Assembly (NCBI GenBank): GCA_003193925.1
Contig: PSPG01000008.1
Location: 32,001 to 96,000 of the forward strand
From: Candidatus Thalassarchaeum betae
GTDB lineage: Archaea > Thermoplasmatota > Poseidoniia > Poseidoniales > Thalassarchaeaceae
Reading direction: 5' to 3'
Length of the DNA: 64,000 nucleotides
Shown: positions 40,055-50,349 of the stretch, one piece after another
Numbering within the stretch: the stretch's first letter is position 1
How the letters are laid out: each line of letters opens with the position of its first letter
Made by a program: the position numbers and the translations under genes
Notes under the pieces: generated by a model
What the model saw: the letters and a program-made list of their open reading frames with translations, nothing else
The model's database searches: none
Told to the model about the DNA's origin: nothing

Positions 40055-40207
40055 GGTCGTGCCGGGAAACTGAGTCACCGGCTCATTCCCTCACTGCATC
40101 TTATTCGCGGGCGCAGGAGAGGGAGGAGGAACCGATATAATAGCAGGTCCTGTCGGCCGAACCCCTACAGGGCAGGGGTAGTAGCAGCATGAACAGGCGC
40201 TTGGTGG

Positions 40208-41981
40208 GTGAGTAATGTGGGTTCTTTCGATTACGTAATCAGCATCGGCGGCGCGGCTGGACAGGGCATTGCGACTCCTGGGAACATCCTCGCTCGCCTG
40301 TTTGCTCGCCGGGGCATCCACATGTACGCCTACAACGCCTACCAATCCATCATCCGTGGTGGCCACTCCTTCCTCACCGTCCGTTGCAGTGACCGCGAGA
40401 TCCGCACCCATGGCGATGTCATCGACCTGATAATCTGCCTCAATCAGGACACGATGGACCGACACCTCGAGCACCTCGGCCCTGGCACCTCGGTCATCTT
40501 CAACAGCGACACAATCAAACCTGGAGAGGCGACCGAAGGAGTTCAGCTCTGCCCGATGGCTGTTGGCGAACTTGCTGGAAAGGGCTCCAACAAACTGATC
40601 CAGAACACGGTTTCGATTGCTGTCGCATGCCAGCTCCTAGGAGTCGAGTTCTCAGCCCTTGAAGACGTACTCGACTTCCAGTTCTCGGCCAAGGGCGAGG
40701 AACTGGTGGCGGAGAACGTGCGCGTGGCAAAGGCGGCGTACGAACACTCGGCGGCCAACTTCCAGCCTGCAGCGCAGCAGGCGCCACAGCCAAGTGCGCC
40801 TCTCGCCGTGTGGGCGGGCAATCAGGCCTTCGCCATGGCGTCGGCCAGTGCCGGTGTCAAGTTCTACTGCGCCTATCCGATGAGTCCCTCGACCGGCATC
40901 CTGCACTGGATGGCGGCCAACGCCCGTGAACTCGGCATCATGGTGCGTCAGGTCGAAGACGAGATCAGCGTCATCTGCATGACTGTGGGGGCGGCCCACG
41001 CCGGCTGTCGTTCGATGTGCGCCACCTCAGGTGGTGGATTCGCGTTGATGACTGAAGGGATAGGTGCAGCCGCCATGATGGGTCGTCAACGTGCAGCGTG
41101 CCGGCCCCTCCACCGGGGTGCCCACGAAGACCGAGCAGGGTGACCTGTGGCAGGTGCTCGGCGCCAGTCAGGGCGACTTCCCGAAACTCATCCTCGCACC
41201 AAGCAATCCTCTCGACGCCTTCCAGACGATTCCCGAGGTGTTCAACCTCGCCGACAAGTACCAGTTGCCGGCAATCATCGTCTCCGACCTGCTGATATCC
41301 GACGAGACTTCGACCATCGACCCGAAACTGCTCGACATGCATCCGGTCATCGACCGAGGTGAGCTCATCACCGAGGCTGGAGAGGAGGCTGGAAACTACG
41401 AGCGTTACAAGTTCACCGACAGCGGCATCTCGCCCCGTGCCCTCCCAGGGATCCCCGGCTACGAGCATATCGTGTCCACCGACGAGCACATGCCCGACGG
41501 CGTGCTCATCAGCGATGAGTTCACCCACCCGCACAAGCGCCGGGCGATGGTGGAGAAGAGACAGAGCAAGATGGATGGTCTGCTGGCTGAACTGGCTCCT
41601 CCGGCAATCGTCGGCCCCGCTGATGCTGAGGTAACTCTCGTCGGCTGGGGCTCTACCGCCGGCGTCATCCAAGAGGCCATCGAACAACTGGCGGCGGCCG
41701 GCGTGGTCGCCAATCATCTGCACTTCAAGTGGCTGGTCCCGTTCCACGCTGACGAGGCGAACGAGCTGCTGTCATCCTGCAAGCACACCATCATAGTCGA
41801 GAACAACTACACCGGGCTCTTCCATCGGTACCTGCGCAGCGAGACAGGTTTCACAGTGGATGGGCACATCCGCAAGTATGACGGTGAGCCGTTCAAGCCG
41901 CATCACATCACGGCCGCCGTTCAAGACCAACTGGCGGGTGGAGAGGCGTTGTCGGTGCCGTATGAGGAAATAATAGTCTGA
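40208..41981 (+). pseudogene. korA: 2-oxoacid:ferredoxin oxidoreductase alpha subunit, frameshifted near 41081 (pseudogene or sequence error)
   Basis: Frame 1 has 'GGAAGQG', 'YPMSPST', 'EDEI', 'TSGGGF'; it continues in another frame as 'VVNVQRAGPSTGVPTKTEQ'; the usual 'E.PVV' residues are missing. Confidence 0.85.
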
Positions 41982-41992
41982 GGGGTGAGTGA

Positions 41993-42886
41993 ATGAGCGA
42001 TACGAATGTGCAAATCAGCTTGAAACCAAAGGACTTCAAGGGCAAGGTGGACCCTGATTGGTGCCCCGGCTGCGGCGACTTCGGCGTGCTGAGCGGTCTC
42101 CAGCGAGCGGTCTGTGAACTCGGTCTGCAACCGCATGAGATCCTCACCATCAGCGGCATCGGATGCTCATCGAACTTCCCCGGCTTCTTCAACTCGTACG
42201 GGATGCACACGCTGCACGGGCGGGCGCTGCCGCACGCGAGCGGGGCGAAGCTAGCGAACCACGAGATGAATGTCATAGTGACCGGAGGAGATGGAGACGG
42301 CTACGGCATCGGGGGGAATCACTTCACCCATACCAGCCGGCGTAACCTCGACATCCTGTACATCGTGATGAACAATCAGATCTACGGACTAACGACCGGT
42401 CAGATCTCGCCCACCAGCGAGGTCGGCATGAAGACCAAGAGCACCCCGTTCGGCAGCGTCGAGTTGCCAATCAACCCCATCGCGAGTGCGATTACGGCGG
42501 GAGCGACGTGGGTCGCGAGAGGCTACACTGGCAACATCAAGCAACTGACTCGATTGATTGTCGAGGGTATCCAGCACAAGGGATTCGCCCTACTCGACGT
42601 GTTCAGCCCATGTGTGACGTTCAACAAGGTCAACACCTACCAGTTCTTCCGGCCACGGGTGCAGCCACTGGAGGACATCGAGCATGATCCGAGCGACTGG
42701 AAGGCGGGTATCGAGAAGGCGATGCTTTGGGGGGATGTAATTCACACCGGCGTCTTCTTCGAGACCAAAACCAGGCTCACCCTGGGAGAACAGGAACCGG
42801 TACTCGACGAAGGCGGGCCGCTCGCCTTCCGCGAGCTCGGCCTCAGCAGTGAACAGACCGAACGCATCATCGCCCGCATGATGTGA
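41993..42886 (+). CDS. korB: 2-oxoacid:ferredoxin oxidoreductase beta subunit
   Basis: 'WCPGCGDFG', 'GIGCS', 'HTLHGRA', TPP motif 'GDGDG...NN', 'SPCVTFN'. Confidence 0.95.
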   Translation: MSDTNVQISLKPKDFKGKVDPDWCPGCGDFGVLSGLQRAVCELGLQPHEILTISGIGCSSNFPGFFNSYGMHTLHGRALPHASGAKLANHEMNVIVTGGDGDGYGIGGNHFTHTSRRNLDILYIVMNNQIYGLTTGQISPTSEVGMKTKSTPFGSVELPINPIASAITAGATWVARGYTGNIKQLTRLIVEGIQHKGFALLDVFSPCVTFNKVNTYQFFRPRVQPLEDIEHDPSDWKAGIEKAMLWGDVIHTGVFFETKTRLTLGEQEPVLDEGGPLAFRELGLSSEQTERIIARMM

Positions 42887-42896
42887 TTCGACGAAG

Positions 42897-43490
42897 CTAG
42901 CTGTTCTTCGACGGCCCTCTGTCCGGGCCTACAACAATGGTATGACACTGGTGAAGGGTTCGAACTCCTGCGACGGTGATGGCCGAGTCTCCATCTACGC
43001 AGCGCTCGCCTCCCCAGTCGCGGACCGTTCGCATCACCGTGCTTCGACCAGCATGGTTGTGGGGGTCGACCTTGAGCTCGACGCAGAGCTCCTCTGCTTC
43101 GCCCAGCCAGAGCAGCGAGGCGTCTATGGCCTTGCGTGCCAAGCCGTGCTGCTGCTCGGAGCTGCGGACCCAGTAGCCTAGGTTCCAGATTGCCTTGCCG
43201 GAGCGCGTCACGCGGTCGAATCCGACCAGTCCAAGAAGAGCTCCGTCCCAAGGTCGAATCATCAACCAATGATGTAGCATCCCGGTCCGTCCCATTCGCT
43301 CGGTCTCGGCGAGGAAGTCCACTATCTGGGAGTCGAAGGGCCGGTCCGGGTTAATCCAAGGCATCGCCCTGCTGACCTCGGGCCAAGTCTCCTCGAAGGC
43401 CTCCATCATCTCCGGGCCGTACTCGCTCGTCGCAGGCCTCAGCACCAGCCTGTCATCGACCCGAATAGTGGCCGTCGCACGCCTCAGCAC
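42897..43490 (-). CDS. GNAT N-acetyltransferase, RimJ/RimL-like
   Basis: 'RLVLRP', 'MPW', 'LGYWV...QQHGLA', 'N.A' motifs. Confidence 0.8.
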   Translation of the reverse strand: MLRRATATIRVDDRLVLRPATSEYGPEMMEAFEETWPEVSRAMPWINPDRPFDSQIVDFLAETERMGRTGMLHHWLMIRPWDGALLGLVGFDRVTRSGKAIWNLGYWVRSSEQQHGLARKAIDASLLWLGEAEELCVELKVDPHNHAGRSTVMRTVRDWGGERCVDGDSAITVAGVRTLHQCHTIVVGPDRGPSKNS

Positions 43491-43533
43491 GGAGTTTCGG
43501 CAGCGGTCCTATCGCATCAGGGCTACGGATCCA

Positions 43534-44730
43534 TCAAGGTCGCAACTTCGCCTTCGCCGTCGCCACATTCGGGTCGCTGGGCAGCTCTTTCTGGGCCGAT
43601 TTCAAAAGAGCGTCCACCGCATTCGAGCGGCCTATCCTCTGCAGCAGGGCTCCCACGGGGTAGACCAGCTTGGGGCGGTCGCCGAGATGGGGGCCGACTT
43701 CGTCGATGATGACGGTGGACTGCGCGATGTCCCTGGAGCGGGCCGCCTCCATCGCCGCTTTCACCCGAAGAGCGACCTTGCGATCAGACCACATGTCCTG
43801 CTGAGCCCATGGCCAGTAGTTGTCGGGCTCAGGAGCCTTGGCACTGATGGGCGGAATAACCGGGGGCGGTGGGATGGGCATCGGCTCCTGGTCCTCGTCG
43901 ACTTCTGGAGGGGATGGTGGGGCCGGGGGCATCAGCGGTGGTGGAAGATCAGTCGGAGGCGGTGGTATCTCGACCTCGCCTGGAGCCTCTTCCGGCTCGG
44001 CCTCTAGCAGGGTTATCAAATCGGACTTATTGAGTTTGGAGAAGCCTGTCAGTCCGCGCTCCCTCGCCATCTTCTTCAGAGTGTCCACGGTCATGTTCGA
44101 AAGGCCGGAATCGGCCTCGGGCTCCACCTCTGGCTCGGGCTCCGGTGCCGGCTCAGACCCTTGGACCTCAGCCATCTCGCCGTTCGTGTCCGGAATCTCA
44201 CTGGCCGAGATGACCTCGACGGTCTCAGGTGCGTCGGCGGTGGGCTGAACGAGTTCTATCTGCTGCGTCTGAATCGCCTCAATCGGTTCCGGTTCGATCT
44301 CCGGGACCTCGAACTTAGTAACGAACTCGGGAGCGTCCCCGGGCTTGAGCTCGTACTCCACATCCTCCTCGTCCGATGGCTCTGGGTGGTCGACGGTCAT
44401 GGCGAAGGACGGCTTCTGATTCGTCAGCACCACGTCGTCCTTGCCGTACTGCTTGACTTCAATCGTCATATCGTCCATGGTGAATGAGGCCTTCGACCAA
44501 TCGATAATCTCGTCGCTGTCGTCCTCCTCCATCTGCTCAAGGAGCTCGTCGAAGAGGTCGGTGGCGACCTCATCATCGATAGTCGATTCCTGCTGGTGAG
44601 AGGCTTTCTGCAGTTGGTAGGAGCAACGAGAGCAACTCTCGGTGCCCTCGGGGTTCCTCTGCTGGCACAACGGGCATTCGACACCCACCTCCTCCTGCTT
44701 TCGCCAGGCTTTGAATCGGTCGAACACCAT
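43534..44730 (-). CDS. Zinc-ribbon + acidic linker + Rho-N/HEH domain + Pro-rich protein
   Basis: 'CPLC...CSRC'; 'LSNMTVDTLKKMARERGLTGFSKLNKSDLI'; poly-Pro; helical C-terminus. Confidence 0.78.
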   Translation of the reverse strand: MVFDRFKAWRKQEEVGVECPLCQQRNPEGTESCSRCSYQLQKASHQQESTIDDEVATDLFDELLEQMEEDDSDEIIDWSKASFTMDDMTIEVKQYGKDDVVLTNQKPSFAMTVDHPEPSDEEDVEYELKPGDAPEFVTKFEVPEIEPEPIEAIQTQQIELVQPTADAPETVEVISASEIPDTNGEMAEVQGSEPAPEPEPEVEPEADSGLSNMTVDTLKKMARERGLTGFSKLNKSDLITLLEAEPEEAPGEVEIPPPPTDLPPPLMPPAPPSPPEVDEDQEPMPIPPPPVIPPISAKAPEPDNYWPWAQQDMWSDRKVALRVKAAMEAARSRDIAQSTVIIDEVGPHLGDRPKLVYPVGALLQRIGRSNAVDALLKSAQKELPSDPNVATAKAKLRP

Positions 44731-44866
44731 TCAGTCCCCTCCTAGATGCCCGTCCTCGTCGAAAGTCTCCGTATAATATTCACCCGGTGTTGGTCGCCCG
44801 CCGTCTAGGACGGCGGCGGCCGTGATAGAGGGAATCGTGATGTGATGGCACGTTCGTCGGCTGTGC

Positions 44867-46792
44867 ATGGCAGACGACCCTGGGGAGTTGCCGGCGCGCT
44901 TCAATCGCAGTCAGGATCATCACGAGGCCTATCTGAATCTGATTGGGTGGGAGTTGGAAGACGAGCTGGCAGCGACGGAGAAGCGGCTTCGCGAATGGCC
45001 CGATGGCAGGCTCGCAGCAAACGGGATTGCGCTGTTCGACTTGGTCGCGAAGACTGACGGCTGGCTGTTCGGGCAGCGCATCGTGAAGCTGGTGAGGCGT
45101 GATCGGCAGGCCTTCGGGATGCATCGCTTCAGGCAGGGCGACATCGTGATGCTCAGCCGTCGCAACCCGCTTTCCGAGAAGCCGGTCGAGGCGATTGTCA
45201 GCAATCGGACGCGTTTCTTCATTCGCATCGTCCTGCCCGAGGCCCCCACCGGCCTACGTAGGGACACCTGGAGGATGGACAGAGGCGCCAACAGGGTGGC
45301 GCACGACAGGATGCGCGATGCTCTGAACTCAATCTTCGAGGAGGATGGCGGTGCTCCGATGCGCGACCTCCTGCTCGGCTTGGTCCACGACCCCGTCGGT
45401 ACGGCCTCGCTGGCCCCTCACCTAGGGGTCGCACGCTCCAGACCGACCTCTCTGGCCTCCGATCTCAACAAGGCCCAGAGGGAGGCCGCCCAAGCCGCTC
45501 TGGAACAGCGTCTCACTCTGATCCAGGGTCCGCCGGGAACCGGGAAGACCCATACCGGCGTGCGCATCCTCGAGACTTGGGCCAAGCAGGACCTTGGAAC
45601 CATTCTCGCGGTCGCCGACTCCAACGTCGCGGTCGACAACCTGCTCGAGGGTCTGCTCTCCCTCAATATCCGCGCCGTGCGTCTCGGACAGCCCGTCAAG
45701 GTCAGAGAGAGCCTCAGAGAAGCCACGATGGATGCCCAGATGGAGGAGCATCCCCTGCATCGCGACCTCGACCACTGGCTCAAGTCAAACGAGAAACTCG
45801 ATCGCCGAGTCAAGGGGATGAAGGGCAAGGAAAAGGGGCTGGCGCACCGCGATCTGAGGCGCGGTTGGAAGGAGGTTCGCCGGATCGAGGCGCAGATGCG
45901 GGATGACATCCTAGACCGTGCTCAGGTGCTGTGCTGCACCTGCATTGGCTCGGGACACCAAATACTGGACGGGCGCAGGTTCTCCCGCGTCCTCATCGAC
46001 GAGGCCACGCAAGCCACCGAACCTGCCGCTCTGGTTCCTCTGGTGCGCGGCGCACGCCAGATTGTCCTGATCGGGGACCATCGCCAACTGCCACCGACAG
46101 TCATCTCACAGCGCGCCGAGAACGGTGGTCTGAACCGCTCCCTGTTCGAGCGGATAACTGAGATGGGCATCGAGCCGCTGCTGCTGCGAACCCAGTACAG
46201 AATGCACCCGGCGATCTCCTGCTTTCCCAACGAGCGCTTCTATGGGGGTCTGCTGGAGGACGGGGTCGCAGCAGAGGACAGGGCGACACCTGCCGGTCTG
46301 CTTTGGCCCGACTGGGAGCAGCCGATCGCCTTCCTCCCACTCAAAGGCGGCGAAGTGACAGCACCTGACGGCGCATCTAAGGAGAATCCGGCCGAGGCGG
46401 TGTGGATAGCGCGCCTGCTCGAGGGGCTCTTGGACGCAGGCGAGCTGCAGCAGGAGGACATCGGAATCATCACGCCGTACGCGGGGCAGGTCAGGGCGAT
46501 CCGCGACAGCGTCCCGGAGAAGTACGACGGGGTCGAGGTCCACACCGTCGACGGCTACCAGGGACGCGAGAAGGAAGTCATCCTATTCTCCTGCGTGCGC
46601 TCCAACAGCGATGGCAACGTCGGCTTCCTCGCCGACTCGCGGCGGCTCAACGTCGCGCTGACCCGCGCCAAGCGTGGATTGATCGTGGTCGGGGACCCCG
46701 GAACGCTGCGCTACGACGAGGATTGGGCAGCGTGGCTAGAACACGTGCGAAGTCGCAACCTTGAGGCGTGGCACTTGCTCGGAATGGCCTGA
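44867..46792 (+). CDS. SF1B helicase, Upf1/DNA2/IGHMBP2-like
   Basis: 'IQGPPGTGKT', 'SNVAVDN', 'IDEATQ', 'GDHRQLPP', 'QYRMHP', 'TVDGYQGREK', 'NVALTRA'. Confidence 0.94.
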   Translation: MADDPGELPARFNRSQDHHEAYLNLIGWELEDELAATEKRLREWPDGRLAANGIALFDLVAKTDGWLFGQRIVKLVRRDRQAFGMHRFRQGDIVMLSRRNPLSEKPVEAIVSNRTRFFIRIVLPEAPTGLRRDTWRMDRGANRVAHDRMRDALNSIFEEDGGAPMRDLLLGLVHDPVGTASLAPHLGVARSRPTSLASDLNKAQREAAQAALEQRLTLIQGPPGTGKTHTGVRILETWAKQDLGTILAVADSNVAVDNLLEGLLSLNIRAVRLGQPVKVRESLREATMDAQMEEHPLHRDLDHWLKSNEKLDRRVKGMKGKEKGLAHRDLRRGWKEVRRIEAQMRDDILDRAQVLCCTCIGSGHQILDGRRFSRVLIDEATQATEPAALVPLVRGARQIVLIGDHRQLPPTVISQRAENGGLNRSLFERITEMGIEPLLLRTQYRMHPAISCFPNERFYGGLLEDGVAAEDRATPAGLLWPDWEQPIAFLPLKGGEVTAPDGASKENPAEAVWIARLLEGLLDAGELQQEDIGIITPYAGQVRAIRDSVPEKYDGVEVHTVDGYQGREKEVILFSCVRSNSDGNVGFLADSRRLNVALTRAKRGLIVVGDPGTLRYDEDWAAWLEHVRSRNLEAWHLLGMA

Positions 46793-46801
46793 GAGGTACG
46801 C

Positions 46802-47380
46802 ATGACTGACCACGACTCGCCTATTCAATTGAACCTGAGTGGTGGCACTCTGGCCAAGCAGATTGTCTCTGCCGGGGACGGCGGACACTGGCCGATCCCC
46901 GACGGCACGATACTGGCTTCCGGAGTCAGGAGGCTGGCTGCCTTCGCAGTGGACGTCGTGATTGTGACGACCATCCTGATGGTCGTGACCAGAAGGCAGG
47001 TCATAAACGCCTGGAACATCGACCTCTGGACTTCTCCGGACTTCCATTACGCCCTCGCCCACGCCTCGGTCGTACTGATTGCCCACTGGCTGTACTGGAG
47101 GGTCACCGGACTGAGCTTCTCACGTTCGCTCGGACAACGCATGTTCGGCATCGCGGTGATTGCCGAGGACGGCTCGGGCATGACGAGCCAGATGTGGGAC
47201 CGGAGGGCGCTGCGCAAGCTGCTCTACCTCCTGCCGGTCCTGAACCTCTACTTCGGAGCGTACGACCTAGCGAGGATCTCACAGCGCCACACGCACCAGT
47301 CGAACATCGACCTGCACGTGGGCTCCATCGTTGCGCATGCAGACTCGCTGCCGCCGGCGAGCAGGCGCCACATAAGGTAG
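46802..47380 (+). CDS. RDD family membrane protein
   Basis: 'RRLAAFAVD', 'SLGQRMFGIAV'. Confidence 0.8.
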   Translation: MTDHDSPIQLNLSGGTLAKQIVSAGDGGHWPIPDGTILASGVRRLAAFAVDVVIVTTILMVVTRRQVINAWNIDLWTSPDFHYALAHASVVLIAHWLYWRVTGLSFSRSLGQRMFGIAVIAEDGSGMTSQMWDRRALRKLLYLLPVLNLYFGAYDLARISQRHTHQSNIDLHVGSIVAHADSLPPASRRHIR

Positions 47381-47388
47381 GTGAGGAG

Positions 47389-47991
47389 ATGCTGGATGCA
47401 GTGGAGTGCGCGCTTTCAGGCGGGTGCATCGTCTACCCTACCACGACCCAGCCGGCGCTGGGCTGCCTGCCCGAGCCGGCTGCGCTCGACGGGCTGTACG
47501 AGCTGAAGCAGCGGCCTGCTGACATGCCTGTCAGCATTGGCGTGGCAAGCCTCGAACAGGCCGCCGCGCTGGTCGAGGTGCCAGACGACGTGCGCGACTT
47601 CCTCGCAGCCTTTCCAGAGGGCTCCCTGACCGTGGTTCTGCGAGCCCACGAGACTCTGGACGCGCGACTCGGGGGCGATAACGTGGCAATCCGAGTCGTC
47701 GCTCACCCGGTGGCCAAGGAGCTGCTCGCAATCACCGGCCCGCTCACGGCGAGCAGTGCCAACAGGAGCGGTGAGGAGCCAGTCTCCGACTGCGACGAGG
47801 CAACGCGCCTCCTATCAGCCACCGGAGAGGGGGTATCGAGCGTGTCCGGTGTGTGTCCCGGAGGGGCACCCAGTACATTGATAGCGTGGTATTCGGTCTG
47901 TGGTTCAACCCAGTTGAGTGATACCGAGGTATTGAGAGAGGGAGTAGTTAGCACTGAGGAGATTCTCACATGGTTGAGGAAGGAGACCTGA
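47389..47991 (+). CDS. Threonylcarbamoyl-AMP synthase (Sua5/YrdC/TsaC family)
   Basis: 'VYPT', 'LKQRP', 'GSLTVV', 'VAIR', 'TASSANRSG', 'PST'; ATG 47389 follows GGTGAGG. Confidence 0.88.
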   Translation: MLDAVECALSGGCIVYPTTTQPALGCLPEPAALDGLYELKQRPADMPVSIGVASLEQAAALVEVPDDVRDFLAAFPEGSLTVVLRAHETLDARLGGDNVAIRVVAHPVAKELLAITGPLTASSANRSGEEPVSDCDEATRLLSATGEGVSSVSGVCPGGAPSTLIAWYSVCGSTQLSDTEVLREGVVSTEEILTWLRKET

Positions 47992-48983
47992 AGCAGTGGC
48001 GAGATGCCGGCCGCGTCGCTCGCAGGACCATCGAGGGAATCAAGGGCGAGATCACAGCCGGCAAGTCCTGGGACGAGGTCATCGACTCCGCGGAGCGCTT
48101 CATCAAGCGTCACGGAGGGCACGCCGCCTTCCCCGTAACCATCTCCGTCAATGAGATGGCTGCGCACTACACCACCAACACCGAGCTCGAGCCTCCTGAG
48201 GGGTTGGAGGGGGAGATGGTCTTTCAGAAGGGGGATCTCGTCAAATTCGACGTCGGCGTCCACATCAAGGGCGCCATCGCCGACAACGCGCTCACCGTAG
48301 AAGTGGGCGGTGGCGGCAAACACACCGATCAAATCCGCGCTGCCGAGGAGGCTCGTGACGCTGCCATCGAGAAGATGCACCCCGGAACCCCTTGGCACGA
48401 GATAGGGGCTGCCGCCGAGCAGGTGTCCAAGGATGCAGGCTTCGAGCCGATACGGAACCTCTGCGGGCACCAGCTCGAGCGCTGGAACCTGCACGCTGGA
48501 ACCTCAATCCCATCGTACTCGTGTGGAGCGAAGAACCCCGGTTTCAAGGGCGACGTGGAGGTCGGCGGGATCTATGCAGTCGAGCCATTCAACACTACGG
48601 GAAAGTCCGGTATGGTGGAGAATGTCCCTCCTGTCGGCTCCTCCAACATCCTGAGGGTCACTGGCGATGTCAAGATTCGCAAGGCCCTAGCCAAGGGCAA
48701 ACTCAAGCCACTCGGCGCGACCATGGCTCGTTACATAGAAGAGAGGTATAACACGCTCCCGTTCGCCGAGCGTTGGGCCTACCCCCTGTTGGTGAAGCCG
48801 TTCCCCGGCGAGGAAAAGGAGTCGTTGCGCCGCAAGTGGAATGCCCTGGTCAAGAAACTGATCTCGATCAGGTTCGCAGAGGTCTATGCGGCGCTGCGTG
48901 ACGCCGATGGCGGCAACGTCGGACAGTTCGAGCACACGGTGCTCGTTACCGAAGGCGGACCAGAGGTTCTTACTATCCAATGA
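47970..48983 (+). CDS. map: Methionine aminopeptidase type 2
   Basis: 'AFP...AAHYT', 'KFDVGVH..IADNA', 'NLCGH', 'AVEPF', 'QFEHTV'. Confidence 0.95.
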   Translation: MVEEGDLKQWRDAGRVARRTIEGIKGEITAGKSWDEVIDSAERFIKRHGGHAAFPVTISVNEMAAHYTTNTELEPPEGLEGEMVFQKGDLVKFDVGVHIKGAIADNALTVEVGGGGKHTDQIRAAEEARDAAIEKMHPGTPWHEIGAAAEQVSKDAGFEPIRNLCGHQLERWNLHAGTSIPSYSCGAKNPGFKGDVEVGGIYAVEPFNTTGKSGMVENVPPVGSSNILRVTGDVKIRKALAKGKLKPLGATMARYIEERYNTLPFAERWAYPLLVKPFPGEEKESLRRKWNALVKKLISIRFAEVYAALRDADGGNVGQFEHTVLVTEGGPEVLTIQ

Positions 48984-49042
48984 TAGGCTCTCAATACAGC
49001 GTTTCTTGGTCCTAATGACTGAAATCTCGCAACGATTATCAA

Positions 49043-49261
49043 GCGCCGGCTCCAATGAGCGACTGTACAGGGACGACAGGTTCTCGCTGAGTGCATCCCA
49101 TCCCCTCGCTTTTATCTCTCGCCCTGTACACCTGAATCGGGTGGCTGCAAGGCTATGCTAAGTCCTGTTTCGGTATCTCTAGCCGGTAAAAGTTCCATTC
49201 GCATCACCACCATCACGGGGCGTGGAACCCGTAGACGAGTGGACCGTGGCGAACTCAAGGA
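49043..49261 (+). repeat. Copy 1 of a ~220-bp imperfect direct repeat
   Basis: Aligns by eye with 50350-50581; about 20 substitutions plus small indels. Confidence 0.92.
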
Positions 49262-49457
49262 CCTCGATCTCGTCGTGGCAGTCAGCATCGGCTTCCTGAC
49301 CTTGCCGACATGGGCCGGGGTGCTGGGTGGAATCGGAACCTCGGAAGCCCTCGCCAGCTTGCCGCTGAGCATGATACCGACGTTCGCGGTTCCAATCTAC
49401 TTCATCTTCCACCTGATCACGCTGCGACGACTGCGAAAATGGCCTGCTCACCGATGA
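49222..49457 (+). pseudogene. Chimeric remnant: frameshifted start of the SAP-domain gene joined to the C-terminal end of a membrane protein
   Basis: GTG GAA CCC GTA GAC GAG TGG ACC GTG GC- then 'DLVVAVSIGFL...LPLSMIPTFAVPIYFIFHLITLRRL'. Confidence 0.6.
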
Positions 49458-49482
49458 CTGGACAGCGTTCGATGATCTCTGA

Positions 49483-50301
49483 TTAGTCGTCACGCGACCT
49501 AGAACGGCTCCACGAAGATGCCAGCGCTAGAGTGCCCAACCCAGACAACAGCCCGAATCCGGGTAGCGCCCCGACTCCGGGAAGCATCCCATCTTCCTCA
49601 GGCTCCTCATCTTCGACGATTTCGGGAGCGTCCACGATTGGGAACCGAATCTGAGATCGCATCCCATCTTGGTTGTTCGCGTAATACAGCCGGAAGGAAC
49701 CTCCGCATTTCAGCACCTGCAAAGGCCCACTGCACGGAGTCCCCGATGAATCCCAACCCACCTTGGAAATCTCAAACCTGATCCCCGGCTCATCGCCGCT
49801 TCGGTTCCACCTGGTCATGTTTGAATCGACGTCGAGCTCCCAAGTGATTTGCTCGTCCTCGTCTGTCACTAGATCCGGGAACGCCTTGCGAGCAACTTCC
49901 ACATCACCTTTCATCAGGGTGATGTTGAAGTCCTCGTCTGCGTCGTCTTCGGCTTCCGCGTGATCCACCCTGAGACCGAATTCGATCAATATCTTCCCCG
50001 TGGGGTTCAGGAACACGTCCTCATCGAAGGTGTACTTCATCTGGCAGGTGATGTCGACCTCCAGACGTTGACTGTCACTTCCGTCAACCTCCTCCCCATA
50101 CCCGTCATCTGCAGCTCCTGCTGAGCCCTCGGCATCGAAATTCTGCCAGCAGTCGGATATGTCGTCATTCCCCCAGAAGTACAACATATTATTGCTTGGA
50201 GAGGGTTGCTCGGGACCCACGATCTGGGCCGATACCGGAGCAGCGGCCGTTGAAGAGCCCAGCAGCATGACGAGAAGCACGGCGACGATCCTCCTTATCA
50301 T
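49483..50301 (-). CDS. Secreted/surface protein with PGF-CTERM-like archaeosortase signal
   Basis: Signal peptide 'MIRRIVAVLLVMLLG'; C-terminal 'LPGFG' + hydrophobic stretch + 'RSRSR'. Confidence 0.8.
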   Translation of the reverse strand: MIRRIVAVLLVMLLGSSTAAAPVSAQIVGPEQPSPSNNMLYFWGNDDISDCWQNFDAEGSAGAADDGYGEEVDGSDSQRLEVDITCQMKYTFDEDVFLNPTGKILIEFGLRVDHAEAEDDADEDFNITLMKGDVEVARKAFPDLVTDEDEQITWELDVDSNMTRWNRSGDEPGIRFEISKVGWDSSGTPCSGPLQVLKCGGSFRLYYANNQDGMRSQIRFPIVDAPEIVEDEEPEEDGMLPGVGALPGFGLLSGLGTLALASSWSRSRSRDD

Positions 50302-50349
50302 CAGAAACCGCACGAGAATCGCGCCGTTTGAGGTTATCCCATCTCGTCT

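Noticed and set aside
41060-41110. Programmed ribosomal frameshift in korA
   Set aside because: No slippery heptamer, and conserved residues are physically missing
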